A DNA stretch of 44,183 nucleotides, from NCBI GenBank assembly GCA_030583825.1, contig CP129477.1, positions 576,308-620,490 of the forward strand. The letters are read 5' to 3'. The notes below the pieces were generated by a model, which saw nothing but the letters and a program-made list of their open reading frames with translations, had not been told where the DNA came from and did no database searches. This document shows, one piece after another, positions 1 to 10,800 of the stretch. The DNA comes from Candidatus Dojkabacteria bacterium (lineage in GTDB: Bacteria > Patescibacteriota > Dojkabacteria > GCA-002793355). The position numbers were made by a program, and so were the translations under genes. Every line of letters begins with the position of its first letter. The first letter of the stretch is position 1.

Positions 1-1050
<1,050 letters not shown>

Positions 1051-1146
1051 CGGAGAAAAATAGTCGGTTTCTCCCGCCACACCAAGATTGTTAATTTGAG
1101 CAAACTTTCCAAATTAGGAAATTTTCTCTTTAAAGATAGAGAAATC

Positions 1147-1175
1147 TTGCTTTATCAAGATTTCTCACATAGAAT
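1147..1175 (+). promoter_or_regulatory. Putative sigma70 promoter of the FkbM gene (leaderless-type)
   Basis: TTGCTT-N17-TAGAAT, with the ATG 7 nt after the -10 box. Confidence 0.55.
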
Positions 1176-1182
1176 TCTCAAA

Positions 1183-2070
1183 ATGATCAAAGAACAAATC
1201 AGAACAGGACTTTATTCGTTTAGTCGTGCCTTTTTCAGCTCTTCATTTGGAAAGCAATTGGACACGTTTATGCAAAAAACTCCATTTTTAAAGCGTTTTC
1301 AAACAACAGCTATTGCATTTTTTGATGCAACAACAAAAGTTGAAGGTGAGAAAAAACTCACATTGGCTAATGGAACAGTATTTTTTGTTCCCCGTTCTGG
1401 TTCGTATGCTGCATTAGAGATCGAAACAACAGGCAAATACGAGCCTGAAGAAACAGAATTAATCACCAAAATACTCAAAAAAGGAGATACTTTTGTCGAA
1501 ATTGGAGGCAATATTGGGTACTTTTCTATTGTTTTTTCACCAATTGTTGGATCAGAAGGTAAAATTATCACCATAGAGCCCAGTCCAGCGATGGTTTCAA
1601 TACTCGAAAAAAATAAAGAGGCAAATAATGCTGAAAATATGACGATTGTTCCTGTTGCTATTGGAAAAGAAGAAGGGAAAATCTCGGTTGGAACAGAATC
1701 TTTTCATGATATGGCACGAATTTCTTTCGAAAATGGCACGATTCCTATGAAGCCTTTTGACATGATCTTGGACGAATTACATATTGACCATATTGATGTT
1801 GCTACTCTTGATATAGAAGGCGCAGAAATACTTGCGCTACAAGGCATGGAAAAGGTCTTAAAACAGAAAAAGATTGCAAAGATGATGGTAGAGGTCAATA
1901 AAGGTACACTTGCCGCTTTTGATGCCAAACCTATCCAATTACTTGAAATGCTTTCAGAATACTTCTCATTACGTTTGCTGGAATCTCCAGAACAGGAAGT
2001 TTCAATCGAGAAACTTGCCCAAATGGCGGATAATTTAACGTATGTGAATGTTTGGTGTGTCCGAAAATAA
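1183..2070 (+). CDS. FkbM-family SAM-dependent methyltransferase
   Basis: Motifs YEPEE, FVEIGGNIGYFS, IEPSP and LDIEGAE. Start set at ATG 1183 (MIKEQ) rather than the ORF-track TTG at 1096. Confidence 0.9.
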   Translation: MIKEQIRTGLYSFSRAFFSSSFGKQLDTFMQKTPFLKRFQTTAIAFFDATTKVEGEKKLTLANGTVFFVPRSGSYAALEIETTGKYEPEETELITKILKKGDTFVEIGGNIGYFSIVFSPIVGSEGKIITIEPSPAMVSILEKNKEANNAENMTIVPVAIGKEEGKISVGTESFHDMARISFENGTIPMKPFDMILDELHIDHIDVATLDIEGAEILALQGMEKVLKQKKIAKMMVEVNKGTLAAFDAKPIQLLEMLSEYFSLRLLESPEQEVSIEKLAQMADNLTYVNVWCVRK

Positions 2071-2134
2071 GCACTTTCGCCCGTATTTCCTAAAAATTTC
2101 GCCATATTCTTTTTATCGGCAAGCTCGAAAATAA

Positions 2135-2163
2135 TTGAGAATATATTTCCATTATGGTAAAAT
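2135..2163 (+). promoter_or_regulatory. Putative sigma70 promoter for tRNA-Ile/tRNA-Ala
   Basis: TTGAGA-N17-TAAAAT with an extended -10 TG. Confidence 0.6.
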
Positions 2164-2180
2164 TCATTTGTACCTTGAGA

Positions 2181-2255
2181 GGGCATGTAGCTCAGTGGTA
2201 GAGCACTGTACTGATAATGCAGTGGTCCGTGGTTCGATCCCACGCATGCCCACCA
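2181..2255 (+). tRNA. tRNA-Ile (GAT)
   Basis: Acceptor stem GGGCATG/CATGCCC, anticodon arm CTGTA-CT GAT AA-TGCAG, GGTTCGA T-loop, encoded CCA. Confidence 0.97.
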
Positions 2256-2339
2256 GTTATTGTTTTATAGTTATCCTAAAGGAAACAATTGTTGGTGGGC
2301 ATAAGAGACCGCATTATCCATGTCTTACAAGGACAAGCT

Positions 2340-2414
2340 GGGCCCATAGTTCAGTTTGGCTAGAACGTTCGCTTTGCATGCGAAAGGTCGTGGGTTCGAG
2401 TCCCACTGGGTCCA
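2340..2414 (+). tRNA. tRNA-Ala (TGC)
   Basis: Acceptor GGGCCCA/TGGGTCC with the G3:U70 identity pair, anticodon arm TTCGC-TT TGC AT-GCGAA. CCA not encoded. Confidence 0.96.
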
Positions 2415-2457
2415 AAAAGGCAAAGATTCTCTGTTCTGAGAACCTTTGCCTTTTTTT
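2414..2457 (+). terminator. Intrinsic terminator after tRNA-Ala (possibly bidirectional)
   Basis: AAAAAGGCAAAG-A-TTCTC / GAGAA-C-CTTTGCC followed by T7. Confidence 0.85.
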
Positions 2458-2499
2458 ATTAACTTGAGGGACTCCCTTTTTTTGTTTAAATGGGTGTGT

Positions 2500-2597
2500 T
2501 ATTTACGGAGCAGGTAAGAGTAAAAAGCACGCAGGTTGTGGCGAATTTATGAGCGTGATAATCAACCGAGTATTTCTTTTTACGAGTAGCAGCGACG
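2500..2597 (-). repeat. Degenerate ~100-bp intergenic repeat, inverted homologue of 35370-35473
   Basis: The reverse complement shares the collinear blocks CGTCGCT, GAAATACTCGGTT, AACCTGCGTGC and GCTCCG with 35370-35468. Confidence 0.8.
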
Positions 2598-2625
2598 TTG
2601 TGACCGAGTCCCACCTAAAAATCTT

Positions 2626-3594
2626 TTACAATTTTTTCCTTCTCAACGACGGCTTTCCTTTTTCTGGAACCAAACCTCTTATTTGTGGATAAAAAATTAC
2701 AAACAAAGAGCTTACAAGTAACGAAAGGAGAAATACTGCAGAACTTGGCTCCAGATAAGAGCGTCTATTACCTACAAACTCAAGTGCCCATTTTCTTTGG
2801 CCAAATCGTAATTCTAGTGTTTTACTAACAATTGCCACATTTTTGGGTACTTCATTTGTATTATCGTGAACCACTCGGCCTGTTTCTACATCAGTAATTT
2901 TCAGTCGTACATCTTTAACCGTGTTTTTATTTAAAATTGTTTCTGCAAATTCTTCTGTAGGAATAACAAATGACACAAATCCAAAGAGATTTTCTTGTCT
3001 TTCTTCTGGAGTTGTCGGAAATGTCCCTCGGTGATATACCGGCAGATAGAGAATAACGCCTTCTCTGTTTGAACCAAAAATAGTGAGAGGGGGGACTGCA
3101 GCAATAAGTCCATTATCTCGTGCTGTATTAAGTGCCTGAAGTCTTTCCGGATTTGTTGTGAGGTCATTGCCAACAGTAGATTGTCCTTCTGCGTGGCCAG
3201 AATGGTACTGGATAATGTAATGGTAATCTAAATTGCCGACTGTTTTTAATTGTGAGCGCTCTTCTTCTGTAAGCTCTGAATCTTTTATATATCGCGTCCA
3301 TCCCATTTCAATGGTGTCTCCAAATCTTTCTGAAGTATTAAAAGATTGGTTAAAAGTTTCCCACTCTTGAGGCGTAATTGATACCTGTGAATGAAATAGT
3401 CCACGAAATGCATACATGATATTTGAGTACAGCTCTAATCTGTCGGAAGTATCGTACACAACAGACCACAACTCTTTATCAAAATCTTTTTCAACTTCCC
3501 GCGATACTTGCATAGTAAAAGTCGCTAATCCGAAGATTAACAACCCAGCGAGAAAGATTCTGCTGAAAAGTATTTTATTGATAAAGTCCCCCAT
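2626..3594 (-). CDS. CHASE-domain membrane protein (two TM segments, no cytoplasmic output domain)
   Basis: N-terminal TM; CHASE-like GNDL..NPERLQALNTARDNG, GVILYLPVY, GFVSFV and FGQRKW; second TM then short basic tail. Start set at ATG 3594 to avoid overlap with the upstream gene. Confidence 0.8.
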   Translation of the reverse strand: MGDFINKILFSRIFLAGLLIFGLATFTMQVSREVEKDFDKELWSVVYDTSDRLELYSNIMYAFRGLFHSQVSITPQEWETFNQSFNTSERFGDTIEMGWTRYIKDSELTEEERSQLKTVGNLDYHYIIQYHSGHAEGQSTVGNDLTTNPERLQALNTARDNGLIAAVPPLTIFGSNREGVILYLPVYHRGTFPTTPEERQENLFGFVSFVIPTEEFAETILNKNTVKDVRLKITDVETGRVVHDNTNEVPKNVAIVSKTLELRFGQRKWALEFVGNRRSYLEPSSAVFLLSLLVSSLFVIFYPQIRGLVPEKGKPSLRRKKL

Positions 3595-3610
3595 TATAGG
3601 TACAAATAAA

Positions 3611-6556
3611 TTATTTAGTATCTTTCTTTTTTCTCTTTGCAATCGTCCCGAAGGTAAATCTCCCGAGTGCTACGCTGCCTCCGAACCCTCCAGCCATAAG
3701 TGTTTCCATAGAAATAGCTTGCTTTGTCTCGACTTCCGAAATATCTGTATAACTATCTACATTTACTACTTCTGCAAGCCTTTCCCATCCGAATTTTTGG
3801 GCAAGAAGATCAGAAACCTCTGATGTCTCCGAAATATTTATTTCAGTGTTTGTGCTGTCATTTTCCGGTTGTGAAGGTGCATTTTGTTCTGGCTGAGTAT
3901 TGTTATTATCTGAACCGGAGTCTTCTGGTGGCTCTGGTTCTTCAATTTGCTCAAGTGAAAGAAGTACTGTTGCAAATGGTGTTTGTATCGAAGATTCGAC
4001 TAATGATGGCTCGTATCCCGAAGTATTTACACTAAATTCAATAGGGTTTATTCCTCCGGCGGTTGCGACGTATGGGCCACCACTCGCGATTGTTGTTACC
4101 AATATCGTCGGACAAAACGATGTATGACCATCAACTCCGGAAACAGGAGCGCAGATAGCTGAGCCTAACGCATCTTTAATAGTTACTGTTACGCCATTAA
4201 TTGCACTGAGGTCTGAAGAATTTTGTACTTTTGCACGGAATGAGTGGTAAATTTCAATGCTTCCTGTACCGTCTTGCACCAAAGATGCAATTCCAAATGT
4301 ACTATTTATCAATTTTGTAACGCCATTGGCATTTGAAATTACGGCGTTTGCGTTTGACGTAAGTACAGACTCAATAAATTCATTGTCTACAGAATTTTCG
4401 TCAAGAACAATTCCTCGGTCATTGTTTTCCAAAGTGATGCTGTCAAAGCTATTGTTTGATGCATTTATTAATGTCATGCCTGCAAATGTGCTTGTAGATG
4501 CTTCGGTATCAATACGTGGGGGATTTGCAATTCCCGGCTTTACCGAAATCCCTGCACCTGCAACGGTGGCTGAGTTATAGGTAAATATATGATTGCTAAC
4601 TGTAAACAAATCTGGGAGAAAATAGTCAACATTCAGGGCAGGAACACCACATTGCGTTGTTAAGTAGTCTACAAGTTCGGAGTCTGAAGAAATAACATTG
4701 TTTGGTGCAACAACAGTTAACTTTAGGCCGTATACATCTACAAGTGCCAGGTTCCAATTATCGGTTGCTGATCCTATTACTGAAGTAATGTCAGTATCAT
4801 CTTCGAATACTGGAAGTACCATACACCCCGGAGCGGCAATAAAAACGGTTGAGTTTGCAGGCATACCTAAAAACTCGGTCTGATCGTAAGTATTGCTATT
4901 ATATTCAAACAGCATATTTGTCATTTTATACGAGTATATTGCTGCTTCGCTTGCATTTTTAATTGTGAGGTTTGAAAAAGAGGAATGACTGACATCTTTT
5001 ATTGAAATACCGTCGGAAACTCCTGCTGCATCAAAAATAACGTTTGCGCTTTCGCCGATTATTGTGACATTTGTAACAGCCCGATCAATAGTAAGAGGGG
5101 CGTAGTTTCCATCTTTTATATGCACAGTATCGTTTGAAGAGAGTGCATGTGTAATAGTGGAACTGAACTGTGAATGGCAAGTTACATAATCCACAACGCA
5201 GTTGTCATCAATAGTATATTCGTTAATTCGTGCAGCGCTATATACGCCGATATCAATTGTACCGTTTACGTCGAGGAAACGGCTCATTGGAGCAAGATGC
5301 CAGTCGTCGTCTGGAGATGCATTTTCGGTCTTAAATAGTGCGTTTCCCGTGACTGTTGTCGCATCTAAAGATGTCCAAAGGCCAGTTGTATCCTGAATAG
5401 GGTATTCAATCTCTGATAATCCATTATATTCGTTTGTAAGCAACACTGTCGTGAATGCAGAATCATATTGAAAGTTAAATCCTGTGCTGTCGGTTGCATT
5501 AGTGATATCGGCACAAAGATTGTAGCTAAATTCAAAATGGACAGTTGCTGGCGTAGTTGCATCCGAAGACTGAAATATTCCTGTGCAGGAAGCGCTCCCT
5601 CCATGCATTAAAAACATGTTATGTTCGGCAACGACGTAAAGATCTACATCTTGGGTTCGAAGGTTCAGTCCCCAAGTACCGGAATTTGCAGGAGAATCTT
5701 TCGAAGGAAAAATAAAGGAGTTATTTGCAATATAAAATTCTCCTTTCTCAGCAGTAAGCATGACTTGGTACGTATTTTGTGTTGTCACATACGATTGGAG
5801 AAGGTTTTCTGTAAAATCAATATCTACTCCTGCATTAAAAATGACCCAATCTCCCCATGTATTGGTGTTGTAATTAATAAAGTCGTTATCGTGAATATCT
5901 ATATTGCTTGGAACCAGTGATGGATCGAAGTAATCTTCTGGGCTTCCTCCTGCTGGTGTGACACTCAAGCAGTTGTTGTTCCAGCGGCACTCAAACGAGT
6001 TGTTTGAAATTGTTCCATTAAATGCTGTTTGAATCTGTACCTTTTGGAGACCGCCATTGTTTGTTACGGAGAATCCATCAACTCCGGTAAATATTAATTG
6101 TGATGGAGAGCTCGGTAAAAAGGTATTATGGGAATATGATACATTTACTTTCCACGATGCGTCGAAAGTAATGTTCTCAAAAGTACAGTGTTGAATCGTT
6201 GTATTACTTCCTATCCAAAGCTGGATCATTGCTTCTGCGGCATCTCCGAAAGTATCGGAACCATTGGCGCATTCCAGTGTTGTATTGTCAGCAAGAGAAA
6301 ACACTGTTGGCTCAACCATGGGGTCAAATATATACGTTTCGGTTAGCTGTATAATGCTGTCTGCGGTAATAGGGTCTGATGCCGCAGCACCGAAGGAATC
6401 ATAATCACATTCTGATGGGCATACGGTATAAACGCCAGAAGCACGAACATTATGAAGCTGATACATATTCAGAGCGAAAAATACGCCTGAAAGTACGAAT
6501 GCGATTGTCAAGAACTTTGCCAATGCATTTTTATGTAAACGGGGCAGTTTACTCAT
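3611..6556 (-). CDS. Secreted or surface right-handed parallel beta-helix (pectin-lyase-like) protein
   Basis: Signal peptide/TM; repeated I.NN.F, I.HN.F and EHNMF beta-helix turns; DTVHIKDGNY motif; Pro/Glu/Asn linker; weakly hydrophobic C-terminal segment ending KRKKKDTK. Confidence 0.75.
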   Translation of the reverse strand: MSKLPRLHKNALAKFLTIAFVLSGVFFALNMYQLHNVRASGVYTVCPSECDYDSFGAAASDPITADSIIQLTETYIFDPMVEPTVFSLADNTTLECANGSDTFGDAAEAMIQLWIGSNTTIQHCTFENITFDASWKVNVSYSHNTFLPSSPSQLIFTGVDGFSVTNNGGLQKVQIQTAFNGTISNNSFECRWNNNCLSVTPAGGSPEDYFDPSLVPSNIDIHDNDFINYNTNTWGDWVIFNAGVDIDFTENLLQSYVTTQNTYQVMLTAEKGEFYIANNSFIFPSKDSPANSGTWGLNLRTQDVDLYVVAEHNMFLMHGGSASCTGIFQSSDATTPATVHFEFSYNLCADITNATDSTGFNFQYDSAFTTVLLTNEYNGLSEIEYPIQDTTGLWTSLDATTVTGNALFKTENASPDDDWHLAPMSRFLDVNGTIDIGVYSAARINEYTIDDNCVVDYVTCHSQFSSTITHALSSNDTVHIKDGNYAPLTIDRAVTNVTIIGESANVIFDAAGVSDGISIKDVSHSSFSNLTIKNASEAAIYSYKMTNMLFEYNSNTYDQTEFLGMPANSTVFIAAPGCMVLPVFEDDTDITSVIGSATDNWNLALVDVYGLKLTVVAPNNVISSDSELVDYLTTQCGVPALNVDYFLPDLFTVSNHIFTYNSATVAGAGISVKPGIANPPRIDTEASTSTFAGMTLINASNNSFDSITLENNDRGIVLDENSVDNEFIESVLTSNANAVISNANGVTKLINSTFGIASLVQDGTGSIEIYHSFRAKVQNSSDLSAINGVTVTIKDALGSAICAPVSGVDGHTSFCPTILVTTIASGGPYVATAGGINPIEFSVNTSGYEPSLVESSIQTPFATVLLSLEQIEEPEPPEDSGSDNNNTQPEQNAPSQPENDSTNTEINISETSEVSDLLAQKFGWERLAEVVNVDSYTDISEVETKQAISMETLMAGGFGGSVALGRFTFGTIAKRKKKDTK

Positions 6557-6833
6557 GCTGTGTATAAAATATATGAATTGTTTTTAAAAGTCAACAAGTA
6601 AATAGTGAGGAAACCGTAGTAAATCGTTCTTTGGATATGTGTTCAATATTTATGGCACACAATAGTTTCTGTCCTAAAAAAAGCAGAGCAATAAATAAAA
6701 ATATCCAAAATTGCGGAAAGTCTTAATAGCGTATATGTCCCTTTTCTCTGTAAAAATAACTATTACGCCGGAAATACCTACAATACAAAAGAATACACGC
6801 AAACTTTGTGATTAAAACGCAGAAAAACAAACT

Positions 6834-7544
6834 TTATTTCCCGCTGATAATTTTTCGTTCTCGGATTTGTTTAAGAATAGAGAAGTAGAAACCAAAGAAT
6901 TTAAAAACTTTGAATTTCCGGATGATTCCATCAATCAGGAATTCCATATCGTGGAGAAATCCTGTGATTGGATCATATTTTTTCATTTTGAGAATATGGT
7001 TTACTCCTGCGAATTCAACAATAGCAAACTTCAATTTATGCTTTGTGACATATTCATTTAAGTTTGGTTCAAATGACCAACGGCTGTCTTTAAAAAAGTA
7101 GTCGTGATTATTTGCAAGGATTTCCCGGCGGATTAATTGTTCTCCACCCACAACATAGGTCAAACCTACAAATTTTGCCCACCCATAATCTGCTCCGCGC
7201 GCAATTCTAATAACATCATTATCTCCGATACTTTCTACAAAACCAATAAAATGCTTCTGTGTTAACCCGGTTAAGTCTGCGTCCAAAAACAAAATATAGT
7301 CCCCAGATGCGTATTCTACGCCGGTATTCATGGCAAGTGTTTTTCCAAGATTCTTCTCTTTGTGTCGAAGCAATGTGATTCCCTCGATGTTCTGATACAT
7401 TTTCTCAAATTCAGGCTTTGAATGGTCATCAACAAGAATAACTTCTTTAAATTGTGGAATATTTTGAACTGCTGAGATGACAGACTTAATATGTTCCCCT
7501 TCATTGTAAGCGGGGATAACGACAGAAATAGTTGGTTTATTCAT
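6834..7544 (-). CDS. Glycosyltransferase family 2
   Basis: ISVVIPAYNE, EVILVDDHS, NLGKTLAMNTG and ILFLDADL (DxD). Confidence 0.93.
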   Translation of the reverse strand: MNKPTISVVIPAYNEGEHIKSVISAVQNIPQFKEVILVDDHSKPEFEKMYQNIEGITLLRHKEKNLGKTLAMNTGVEYASGDYILFLDADLTGLTQKHFIGFVESIGDNDVIRIARGADYGWAKFVGLTYVVGGEQLIRREILANNHDYFFKDSRWSFEPNLNEYVTKHKLKFAIVEFAGVNHILKMKKYDPITGFLHDMEFLIDGIIRKFKVFKFFGFYFSILKQIRERKIISGK

Positions 7545-7550
7545 GGAAGA

Positions 7551-7579
7551 AGTGTAGCAAAATGCGTATTTTTATACAA
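7551..7579 (-). promoter_or_regulatory. Putative sigma70 promoter of the GT2 gene (leaderless-type)
   Basis: Minus strand TTGTAT-N17-TACACT with extended TG; ATG 6 nt downstream. Confidence 0.6.
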
Positions 7580-7726
7580 TGCGATAAGCAGTCATTGTGA
7601 AAACTGATAAAAGACTTTCTTTATGCTCTTTGTAGGGTAGTTTTTAGAATTGTCACAATCGCATGAATATGATAAAGTTTTTAATAAGAAAAAACGGAGA
7701 GAAAAATGCCCTAAAAAGGCTATATG

Positions 7727-7845
7727 CAATTCCCCAGTGTTTGACATTGGGAATTGTTCTACTTCTGTTTGTTACACAAACGTTCAAATCTAGTGATTTG
7801 AACTTAATACCCGAGTTACTCAGGTATTAAGCGAAGTACGAATAA
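7727..7845 (+). other. Highly structured leader (hairpin plus four-way junction) upstream of the 1700-aa gene
   Basis: Closing stem TACTTC/GAAGTA encloses three abutting hairpins: GTTTG/CAAAC, GTTCAAATC/GATTTGAAC and TTAATACC/GGTATTAA. A separate upstream hairpin CAATTCCC/GGGAATTG is also present. Confidence 0.6.
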
Positions 7846-7861
7846 TACTAGGGAGAGAGGA

Positions 7862-10800
7862 ATGAAGCTGTCCAAAAAATGGGCGAAAAAGATCGTGCGC
7901 TCATTAGCAATACTTATAGTTGTGATTCTTTCGTTTTCTATTGTCTTTTCATCTTCATCATTAGCTGCTGTAAACCAGGAGCTCAATTTTCAATCAAAAA
8001 TTGTTAATACGAATGGAACCAATGTCACTCCTTCAACAACTTCGTGTGTAAAGTCAGGAGCAGATACTTGTGACTTCCGTGTGTCGGTATATAGCGATTC
8101 TTCCGGAGGTACAGCATTATGGTCTGAAATTCACACTGACGTAGAGATAGGCAATGACAGTATTTTGAAGCTTTCAATTGGTTCATACTGTATTTCTAAC
8201 CAGGGTGGATCATGGACAACCGATGGAGATGGCGTAGGAACACGATGTACAGTATCAGGCGGCGGTGTTGATTGGGGAGCAGATAGCACACTATATCTTC
8301 AAGTGGAATTCGATGTTGCTGACACAGCAGGACAAAACTCATTTTCTTCTCCAGAAGTATTTACTCGTAAACTAATCACTTCTGTTCCGTTTGCCCAAAA
8401 AGCAGGTAGTGCAGACCATGTACGTAATGTTTCTGGAGTTATTTATTTTAATGACGTAAATACTGGTGAGATTGCATTCAGCGATACAACATATACCGCT
8501 CTTCCAGGTGGAATGAACTCTATCTTACATGCTCTTAATGCAGCATCCGGTGGTGGTGGTGGTTTGTGGACAATTAACGGAGATGTCACGTATTTGACTT
8601 CTACCGGCTCAGACTTGTCGTTGTCTTCAACTCTTGTTTCAGCATTCAGTGTAGATAAGAGCGAGAACTTAATTCGATTTGGTGATGGAAGCGCCGGCAA
8701 TGCAAAGTTAGACTTTTTCTCGCAGTCAGGTGAAACTGCCAGGCTTGAATATACTAACTCTGACATACTCCAACTAAGCGGTGGAGACTTTAAAATTGTT
8801 GATAATACTTCAGCAATTTTTGGTACTGACAACGATATTGAGGTCGCATATGTAAGTGCAAACAACCGCCTCGAACTTTCTGATGGGACTAATCTTTTGG
8901 CATACCTTACTGATAACGGCACAACTGGAACTCTTACAGCAACTGGTAATTTAGTTGCACTGGGCGGAAATGTTCAATCTGGCTCAAGCTCCCAAACTGG
9001 CGGACTTAGGCTTTATGATGGCTCGTCAAATAGCGTATTATTGACCGTTCCTGGCATTGCAAGTGACTACACATTAACACTGCCAACAACCGATGGAGAT
9101 GCGAATCAGGTACTCAGAACAGACGGTTCTGGAGCGCTTTCATGGGTAAGCACTGATTTTACCCTTGCAGGAGGAACAGGAACCCCACAAACAATCAGCT
9201 CTGGAAATACACTAACAATTGCAGGAGGAACAGCGATTGTCACTTCTACAAGCGATACTGATACATTAACAGTTGCATTTAATCCAAATGCCAACCTTGA
9301 TATTAATGGTCAGTGGGAATTTCAGGATAGCGTTGCGGTTCGCTTTGGAACAGATGCAGATTTCCATGTCTCATTTAATGGAACTAATGCATTAAACTTT
9401 ACTGATGGTACAAACAATCTCTTTTCTATTATTGATTTAGGAACAACCGCGAGAATTCGACTCGGCTCTGGAACAAACGACTTATTTGGAACAACTGCGG
9501 CAGGCTCGATTGCAGATGGAGATCTCTATTGGGGAAATGACCTTCTTTGTGATGTTAGCGAAACAAACTGTGGATGGGCATCAATTACCGGCTCGAGCAA
9601 GTGGACAGATGGTGGTGATACTACTTATCTGACAGACACTGCGGATAATCTGGCAATTGGTGGCGTGGATGATACTTCACCATTTTTCTTTAATGTAGAA
9701 GATGATGAATTTTTTATCTCTAATGATGCTTCTATCAATTTTGGTGATGATGGACGAATTTCTGCTGGAGACGGTGGGGCACTTTCTGTGTCGGATGGCA
9801 GCGGAACTGTATATGTCAGCCTTCATGAAACCTTAGGTGCATCTCTCAATGCTGGGGTTAACCAATTAGGTGTAACTGGTAGTAGCGTCGGACTATATGC
9901 TAACAGCGGCCATATTAACATGGAAACAACAGGAAATGTGAACATCCTTACAGACGGCGGAGTATTTATTCGAGACAATGCGAATGCAAATCTTAGCCTT
10001 GTTAATACAACAACTGGCGCAGATGCGAATTCCGGATACCTTATATTCCAAGGTAATGACTGGAATGGATCTTCAAATACCACACTAACAATGCGCTCAC
10101 AGTTAGTTATTACATCAACCACAGATTACAGAACAGGATTTTTCAATAACGCACTAACAGAAGTCGCAAGTCTCGACGAATCGGGTAATTTCCAGATTGA
10201 TGGACGATTAAATATTGGAACAAATACACTTGATCTTCTTGGTGTGAGTGCAGCTTCTGCTGCAAATGGTGATCTTTACTGGGGAGACAAGCTTGTTTGT
10301 GATGCAAGTGAAACAAACTGTGGATGGGCAACTACCGCAGGATCAAGCAAATGGACAGATGGTGGAGCAATTTCATATTTGACGGAAACAACAGATGACT
10401 TGGCCGTTGGAGGATCAACAAGTGCTGCGCCGTTCTTCTTTGATACCAGCGCGGGGCGGCTTGCATTAAATGTTGATGGTTCAGGCGGAGGATTAGTTAT
10501 CGGCACAGATACTCAATTGTATCGAAGTGCTACGAATACGTTACGAACACCCGATAGCTTTACAGTAGATGGAAACTTCTTAGCTTCTGGTACAGGAACA
10601 ATTACTGGATTACTCACAACATCAACAAATGGTATTGGTGGAGGTATTGTTATTGGTTCAGATACCCAACTTTATAGAAGCAATACAAATCTTTTGAGAA
10701 CACCAGATGCATTTACTGTTGATGGAGCATTTACAGGTAGTGCCGGAGCGACAATTGCCGGTGGAGCAGTGAATATTACCGGAGGTAACCTCATTGTACA

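Noticed and set aside
1704-2467. ORFs 1704-2243 (-) and 2135-2467 (+)
   Set aside because: They overlap FkbM antisense and the two tRNAs and show no protein motifs.
6674-6802. 42-codon hydrophobic TTG-start ORF on the minus strand
   Set aside because: Short, no SD, no recognisable family; expected by chance in AT-rich DNA.
7741-7746. Perfect TTGACA upstream of the fibre gene
   Set aside because: No acceptable -10 box at 16-18 bp spacing, and it lies inside a hairpin.
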